From Cyanobacteria bacterium P01_D01_bin.156 (GTDB taxonomy: Bacteria > Cyanobacteriota > Cyanobacteriia > Phormidesmidales > Phormidesmidaceae): a stretch of 21,196 nt of DNA. Shown here one piece after another: positions 16,298-21,196 of the stretch; within the stretch, counting starts at the first letter, position 1; every line of letters begins with the position of its first letter. A program made the position numbers and the translations under genes. A model generated the notes under the pieces. That model was not told the DNA's origin and searched no databases. It was given only the letters and a program-made list of their open reading frames with translations. The DNA lies in contig JBCCQQ010000083.1 of NCBI GenBank assembly GCA_039024555.1, positions 1-21,196 of the forward strand, given 5' to 3'.

Positions 16298-17638
16298 ATG
16301 AGCACAGTGCCCCCAAGTTCTGAAGCAATCTCCACCTGGGTCACAGACCTACAAGAACAAGGCGTCAAATACGTCCGCTTTGAGCTACCGGATCTACACG
16401 GCGTTTCTCGACTCAAAGTCATCCCCATTAATAAAGTGGCAGGCTACGCTAGCAAAGGACTAAACTTCTATGGCGGCACCCTGGCGCTAGATACCGCATC
16501 GTCTGTTGTGCCGGGGTCTGGTTACCATGAAGAGCGAAAATACCGCGACATGGTGTTGTTTCCCGATATTGAAAGCTGTACCCCAGTGCCGTGGGTAGAC
16601 AACACCGTGAAAGTCGTTTGCGACGCCTACTGGGATAGTAAAACTCTGATAAAGGGAGCTCCTCGCTATGCGCTCCAGTCATTGTTAGACCTGGCTCAAC
16701 AAATGGGCTTTGAGGTAATGATGGGTCATGAGTTTGAGTTCTATCTACTCGATGCAGATACCCATAAACCCCTCTTTGATGGACTGCACATCTTTAACCA
16801 TATTCGTAATCAATATGTACCCGAAATCAACCAGCTGCTGGACTACCTGCAGGCAGCCGGTATCGATGTGATTACCCACAACTGTGAATATGCCCCCTCC
16901 CAGTTTGAAATTAATTTTGGTCCGGGAATGGGTATTAAAGGGGCTGACAAAGCATTTACCTTTAAGAATGCAGTCAAAGAAATTGCCCATCATTTAGGTT
17001 ATCAGGCCAGCTTTATGTCCAAGCCCTTTGCAGGCATGGCAGGCTGCTGCTGTCATTTTCACATTAGTCTATGGAACAACGATGGTACCAATGCATTTCT
17101 AGATACTAGCGATGAAAATGGCCTGTCCTCAATTGCTAAATCCTTTACCCAGGGTATTCTCGCCCATGCCCCGGCCATGCTGCCGCTGATCGGTCCTACC
17201 CCAAACTGTTATCGTCGGTTAAAGCCCCACACGTTTGCCCCCTCCAACATTAGCTGGGGCATTGAAGATCGCACAGCCATGGTGCGGGTAAAAGCCACTG
17301 GCGATGAACAAACCCACTTAGAAATGCGGGCAGCTTCGGGGTTAAGTAACCCCTACCTAAGCGCAGCCGCTACCCTAGCAGCAGGGGTATTGGGCATCAA
17401 AGAAAATCTCTCTCTTCAGCCCATGGCAGATGGCCCCAGTGAAGAGGATGCCAGCCTGCAACCCTTTCCAAAAACCTTGGATGCAGCCCTAGAGGCATTA
17501 GCTGCAGACAGTGCTATGCAAGAGTTGTTGGGGCCAGAATTTTGTCAGCTGTTCTCCACGGTCAAAGCCTTTGAGCTGGATAGGTTCCACGACCACATTA
17601 CCGATTGGGAAGTGGAAGAGTATTTAGAGATTTATTAG
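16298..17638 (+). CDS. Second glutamine synthetase-like gamma-glutamyl-amide ligase (GlnA4/PuuA-like)
   Basis: DLHGVSRLK, GHEFEFY, EYAPSQFEINF, FMSKPF, CHFHISLW, NCYRRL, EDRTAMVRV and LEMR. FDGSS reads FYGGT and the flap reads TFAP. GGAG RBS. Confidence 0.9.
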   Translation: MSTVPPSSEAISTWVTDLQEQGVKYVRFELPDLHGVSRLKVIPINKVAGYASKGLNFYGGTLALDTASSVVPGSGYHEERKYRDMVLFPDIESCTPVPWVDNTVKVVCDAYWDSKTLIKGAPRYALQSLLDLAQQMGFEVMMGHEFEFYLLDADTHKPLFDGLHIFNHIRNQYVPEINQLLDYLQAAGIDVITHNCEYAPSQFEINFGPGMGIKGADKAFTFKNAVKEIAHHLGYQASFMSKPFAGMAGCCCHFHISLWNNDGTNAFLDTSDENGLSSIAKSFTQGILAHAPAMLPLIGPTPNCYRRLKPHTFAPSNISWGIEDRTAMVRVKATGDEQTHLEMRAASGLSNPYLSAAATLAAGVLGIKENLSLQPMADGPSEEDASLQPFPKTLDAALEALAADSAMQELLGPEFCQLFSTVKAFELDRFHDHITDWEVEEYLEIY

Positions 17639-17664
17639 GAGCTGTAACCGTACAGTTAGCAATC

Positions 17665-17697
17665 CTGTAGGGGCATTCCCTTGTGGATGCCCTGCAG
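17665..17697. repeat. Single GTAG-type REP-like hairpin
   Basis: CTGTAGGGGCATTCCCTTGTGGATGCCCTGCAG: GTAG head followed by a GGGCAT/ATGCCC stem, in an intergenic position. Confidence 0.5.
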
Positions 17698-17752
17698 TAT
17701 CAGCCGCTATTAATCAGGATTCCACATCAGATGTTCGCAAGGGGGATAATCA

Positions 17753-18619
17753 ATGCAAACAGTCATCAAAGCACCCTTAAGTGCTGAACAAATTGAACAA
17801 TTTCATCAAGATGGATTTCTCGTCGTTGAGAATCTTCTACCTCCGGAATTAGTTCAGCGAATTGTCGATCGATTTGATCCACTCTTTGCAGGAGATTTTG
17901 AAACAGGCGTCTATCCCGATGAGTGGCACTGGAATCCCTATTCTGGAAAACTAGGAGCAGCGGGGCAAATGACCGGTGTATGGAAATGCGATCGCACTCT
18001 TCTCTCAGCCATGATGTCTCCAAAGTTAGGGCATATGGCCGCTCTCCTCGAAGGTTGGAACGGCGCGCGCTTACTCGCCGATGGCATTTGGCAAAAGCCC
18101 GGTGGTGCTAAGGAAACCACCCTGCACCAGGACTCCATGTACATTAACTACCATACGCCCCCCGGTGTGATCACCTGTTGGGTTGCCCTCAGTCATGCTG
18201 TTGCCGGAGCCAGCACCATTGAATATGCACGGGGTTCCCATCGTTGGCAGCTATCTAAGGCCGTACCAGAATTTCACAACCAGAACAAAAGCTATCGTTC
18301 AGAAATGGAGCAGGCTGCTAAGGCCGCTGGTGTGGATAACCCTGAGGTTGTTCAACTAGATATTGCTCCAGGTAGCGGTGTTTTTCACCATGGCAATACC
18401 TGGCACGGGTCCGGCACAAACACCATGGATGTGGTGCGCCGCAGTATGGTGCTTGCCTATGTACCTGCAGATGCGGAATTTAAGCGTTTTGGTTCCTACG
18501 TTCCCGGTGGGTATATTGCGGGCAAGTATCGTCTCCACGGTGAGAACACCATGGATGAGAGTTTCTTTCCCATTGTGTGGAGAGAAGATGGTTATCGCAC
18601 ACCTTTTTTGGATAATTAG
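17753..18619 (+). CDS. PhyH-family Fe(II)/2-oxoglutarate dioxygenase, paralogue 2 (canonical active site)
   Basis: WQKP, HQD and WHGSGTN..RRS: metal triad and 2OG-binding Lys/Ser/Arg all present. Confidence 0.92.
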   Translation: MQTVIKAPLSAEQIEQFHQDGFLVVENLLPPELVQRIVDRFDPLFAGDFETGVYPDEWHWNPYSGKLGAAGQMTGVWKCDRTLLSAMMSPKLGHMAALLEGWNGARLLADGIWQKPGGAKETTLHQDSMYINYHTPPGVITCWVALSHAVAGASTIEYARGSHRWQLSKAVPEFHNQNKSYRSEMEQAAKAAGVDNPEVVQLDIAPGSGVFHHGNTWHGSGTNTMDVVRRSMVLAYVPADAEFKRFGSYVPGGYIAGKYRLHGENTMDESFFPIVWREDGYRTPFLDN

Positions 18620-18621
18620 CT

Positions 18622-19527
18622 ATGCAAGTCTCTTCTCTTCAATTGACTCAGGCCCCTGCCTTGGAGATGACCCAAACCCAGATAGAGCTGTTTCACCAAC
18701 AGGGCTATTTGATAGTCGATAATCTTTTAGATTTAGACCAGGTTACTCAAATTGTTGACCGGTTTGAGCCATTATTTAATACTCAGTTTGAGACTGGCAT
18801 TTATCCCGATGAATGGTACGGTCGTCCGGGGCTCAGTCAGCCCAATGCTACACAGCAGATGACGGGTTTATGGAGATGCGATCGCACCCTAGCCAGCTTT
18901 ACCCTATCGTCTAAAATCGCTGAAATTAGCGGCACTCTGATGGGTTGGAGCTCAGCCCGCTACGGTCTGGACACCTGTTGGATAAAGCCGCCCAATGCGC
19001 CTGGTGTGTATTTTCATCGCAACAATACCTACACCTCTTGCATTGCGCCGCCCGCCACGGTGACCTGTTGGATTGCATTAAGCAATGTAGCGCTTAAAAC
19101 CGGGTCGTTAGAGATTGTGCCGGGCTCGCACTTTTGGAACTGTACTGACCAGATGCGGTTTCTCCATGCTCCCCAAGAAGGTTATCGGGAGCCCCTATGG
19201 CAGGCTGCTAAGGATGCTGGTGTAGTAGACCCACACATTCTTCCCATTGTGTTGCCCCCAGGCAGTGCGGTATTTCTCCATGGAAATCTCTGGCGTGGTT
19301 CTGGTCCTAATCCGAACCAAACGAAAACCCGTCGTAGCCTGGCGATTAGTACTTTGGCGGGCCATGCGCGGTTCCAGCTACCGGGTGTGGGCAAGGGTTA
19401 TATTTTTGAACGCTATCGTCGGCAGGGGAGCTTGGTGATGGAGGAAAGTTACTATCCGATTTTGTGGTCGCAAGATGGCTACCGTACTCCATTTTTGGCA
19501 GACTACTGTGAGGATGCATTGGCATAG
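18622..19527 (+). CDS. PhyH-family paralogue 3 with degenerate iron-binding triad
   Basis: Clear paralogue (FETGIYPDEW, WRCDRT, ESYYPILW..DGYRTPFL), but HxD reads HRN (19015-19023) and the distal His is Arg (19294-19296). Confidence 0.88.
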   Translation: MQVSSLQLTQAPALEMTQTQIELFHQQGYLIVDNLLDLDQVTQIVDRFEPLFNTQFETGIYPDEWYGRPGLSQPNATQQMTGLWRCDRTLASFTLSSKIAEISGTLMGWSSARYGLDTCWIKPPNAPGVYFHRNNTYTSCIAPPATVTCWIALSNVALKTGSLEIVPGSHFWNCTDQMRFLHAPQEGYREPLWQAAKDAGVVDPHILPIVLPPGSAVFLHGNLWRGSGPNPNQTKTRRSLAISTLAGHARFQLPGVGKGYIFERYRRQGSLVMEESYYPILWSQDGYRTPFLADYCEDALA

Positions 19528-19532
19528 AAATC

Positions 19533-20342
19533 ATGGAATCCAAAACGCTTCGCTTAGCAAGCTTTGATGTTGGCACTGACGATCTACGCTGGTGGGCTCC
19601 TCAGATTTTAGAGCGCTATCCGGATGGCTTTTATGAAATGCATCAGCAGTTGTTTACTGATGTGTGCACAAAGAGCCTGCCGGAAGATTTTGGGGGAGTA
19701 GAGCTAACGGGTGTGGAGCTGATTAGGTTTGAGCCTCGGAAATTTCATTACCCGACTGAAGAGGAGTTGGCTAATCTGGACGGGATTGTTATTTCCGGTT
19801 CTGCCAATGGTGCTTATGATCAGGATGAGTGGGTCGTGCGTTTACGTAAAGAGATTCAAACATATCACGAGAAAAAAGTACGTCTATCGGGGTTTTCTTT
19901 TGCGCCTCAGATTGTTGCCCAGGCTTTAGGTGGCAAGGTGGAGAAGAATCCGATGGGTACTGAGTTATCTGTTGCTACTATTCAGCTAACGCCAGAGGCT
20001 CAGCATTATTTTGGGACAGAGCGGACATCGTATAATATTCATGTTCATCATAATGATGGTGTTACTCAGTTACCACCCAATGCTGTCTCTCTGGGCACTA
20101 GCGGTGTTACTGAGCATTTAGGTTGGATACTGAGTAGTCATATTTTGGTGTTTTCAGGCCATCCTGAATATTCTCGTGATCCTTGGGTTTTGGAACAAAT
20201 GATGCTCGTTGAAAGAAAAGAGCATTTAGTGCCTGCCCAGCTGATTGACTTTGGGTTACGAGAACTATGGAACCCTACAGACTACATCTGGCAAACTCAA
20301 CAACAACTACGCTTTTTTCTAGGGAAGTTTCAGTTATTCTAA
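19533..20342 (+). CDS. Class I glutamine amidotransferase-like (gamma-glutamyl hydrolase-type) protein with Cys-to-Ser nucleophile
   Basis: DGIVISGS, Q..AQALGGKVEKNP.G, HNDGVTQLP and GHPE. The nucleophile elbow reads GFSFAPQ instead of GICFGHQ. Confidence 0.85.
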   Translation: MESKTLRLASFDVGTDDLRWWAPQILERYPDGFYEMHQQLFTDVCTKSLPEDFGGVELTGVELIRFEPRKFHYPTEEELANLDGIVISGSANGAYDQDEWVVRLRKEIQTYHEKKVRLSGFSFAPQIVAQALGGKVEKNPMGTELSVATIQLTPEAQHYFGTERTSYNIHVHHNDGVTQLPPNAVSLGTSGVTEHLGWILSSHILVFSGHPEYSRDPWVLEQMMLVERKEHLVPAQLIDFGLRELWNPTDYIWQTQQQLRFFLGKFQLF

Positions 20343-20944
20343 AGCTATACATGCTTATTTATCGAAATAAAATCCGATCTTTGCCCTACAAGAAGATGGA
20401 ATTTACGAGAAAGATTTTGAACAAGAAATACCTTATATTTCGACAGTCTAATACTAAGTCACTAACCTTTTAACAAGCATAGACTGTTGCAAGCATTTAC
20501 AAAGCTTTATATTCACAGATACGTCTCACAAGAAGCTATGTAGGAAGTCGCTTTTATATTGATTGAAATAACTATCCTTCTTATATATATTTCCAGGCTT
20601 ATCATCAGAATTCAAACACCTTAGCAGTCGACCTGTTAGTCGCTGAAAATTATAAACATTATAGCTCTCTATACCGATCAAGTTATCGACACAAATACCA
20701 CCAATCAATACTTTTTTTTTCTGAGTCACATTGCCAGCAACTCAGAAATAAGACACATAGAATTAAATAAAACTGCGAATCTCAGAGTCAACACAAAACT
20801 TAACAAACCTTGAATAGGTTACAAGAATTACTGTGAATCATACGTGCTTACTTCTTTGAGCGAAGGTTATTTCTGAGCAAGCTATACTAGCTTATAGCCA
20901 AGAAAGTGCAGATAAATATTAAAGGCTTTCTAAATAGGATTCTA

Positions 20945-21196
20945 ATGGTTCAGCATTCAGTACTTCGAAAAATCCAATATGCTCTACAAAATAAGCTTTC
21001 AAAGCTTAGCCTTAAATCTTCAGAATTACTTTCATTCCCCTTAGAAATCACTCAATTAACACATCTCCAAGAATTAGATTTGAGTGATAATAAGCTTACT
21101 AAGCTACCATCTCAGATTGCTCAACTTCAAGAGCTAAGAATACTAAATTTAAAGACGAATCAACTAGTTTCTATACCTCCTGAAATAGGTTATCTC
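20945..21196 (+). CDS. Leucine-rich repeat protein, N-terminal part (runs off window)
   Basis: Not in the ORF track. Manual translation: MVQHSVLRKIQYALQNKLSKLSLKSSELLSFPLEITQLTHLQELDLSDNKLTKLPSQIAQLQELRILNLKTNQLVSIPPEIGYL, i.e. 23-aa LxxLxLxxNxLxxLPxxI repeats. Confidence 0.9.
   Translation, partial: MVQHSVLRKIQYALQNKLSKLSLKSSELLSFPLEITQLTHLQELDLSDNKLTKLPSQIAQLQELRILNLKTNQLVSIPPEIGYL

Larger units (their letters stand above)
4387..18885. repeat. Dispersed HIP1 octamers (GCGATCGC), a cyanobacterial signature
   Basis: Seen at 4387, 6292, 9104, 11991, 15525, 17988 and 18878, against about 0.3 expected by chance in 21 kb. Three of the seven fall at the homologous CDR codons of the PhyH paralogues. 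Confidence 0.8.

Noticed and set aside
3616..17638. Calling either GS-like gene glnA or gmaS
   Set aside because: Both lack the Asp50/Glu327 ammonium-site residues of GlnA, and neither shows the classical GmaS FAGFA motif.
2816..20342. Secondary-metabolite biosynthetic cluster interpretation
   Set aside because: No NRPS, PKS, carrier protein, precursor peptide or exporter is present. NtcA boxes, Amt and amine oxidase point to N acquisition, though biosynthesis is not formally excluded.
2203..20729. Numerous short overlapping or antisense ORFs in the track (e.g. 4645-5058, 9677-10129, 8141-8494, 20267-20473, 20526-20729)
   Set aside because: They are shadows of well-supported genes, repeat-spanning frames or AT-rich chance ORFs with no recognisable motifs.

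Overview
Cyanobacterial chromosomal DNA (at least 7 HIP1 octamers GCGATCGC, NtcA-type boxes, cyanobacterial REP/MITE-like repeats). The core (about 2.8-20.3 kb), flanked by AT-rich spacers, is a divergently organised 14-gene cluster that looks like an organic-amine nitrogen-scavenging system. It encodes two non-canonical glutamine-synthetase-like (gamma-glutamyl-amide) ligases, a MOSC/mARC-type protein, a signal-peptide-less solute-binding-fold protein, three PhyH-family Fe/2OG dioxygenase paralogues (only one with a full canonical active site), an acyl-CoA-dehydrogenase-fold protein lacking the usual C-terminal catalytic Glu, a copper amine oxidase, a TMAO-demethylase-like DUF1989-GcvT fusion with a small partner ORF, an atypical Amt with a small membrane partner, a papain-like Cys-His-Asp protein and a class I glutamine amidotransferase-like protein with Ser in place of the catalytic Cys. 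Three intergenic regions each pair an NtcA-like box with a copy of a 14-bp palindrome (CTTGTTATAACAAG consensus), a candidate operator. The left flank has a GTPase gene cut at its P-loop by a probable IS end, then a lipoprotein. The right flank has the start of an LRR protein gene. All functional calls come from motif recognition by eye; no searches were run.
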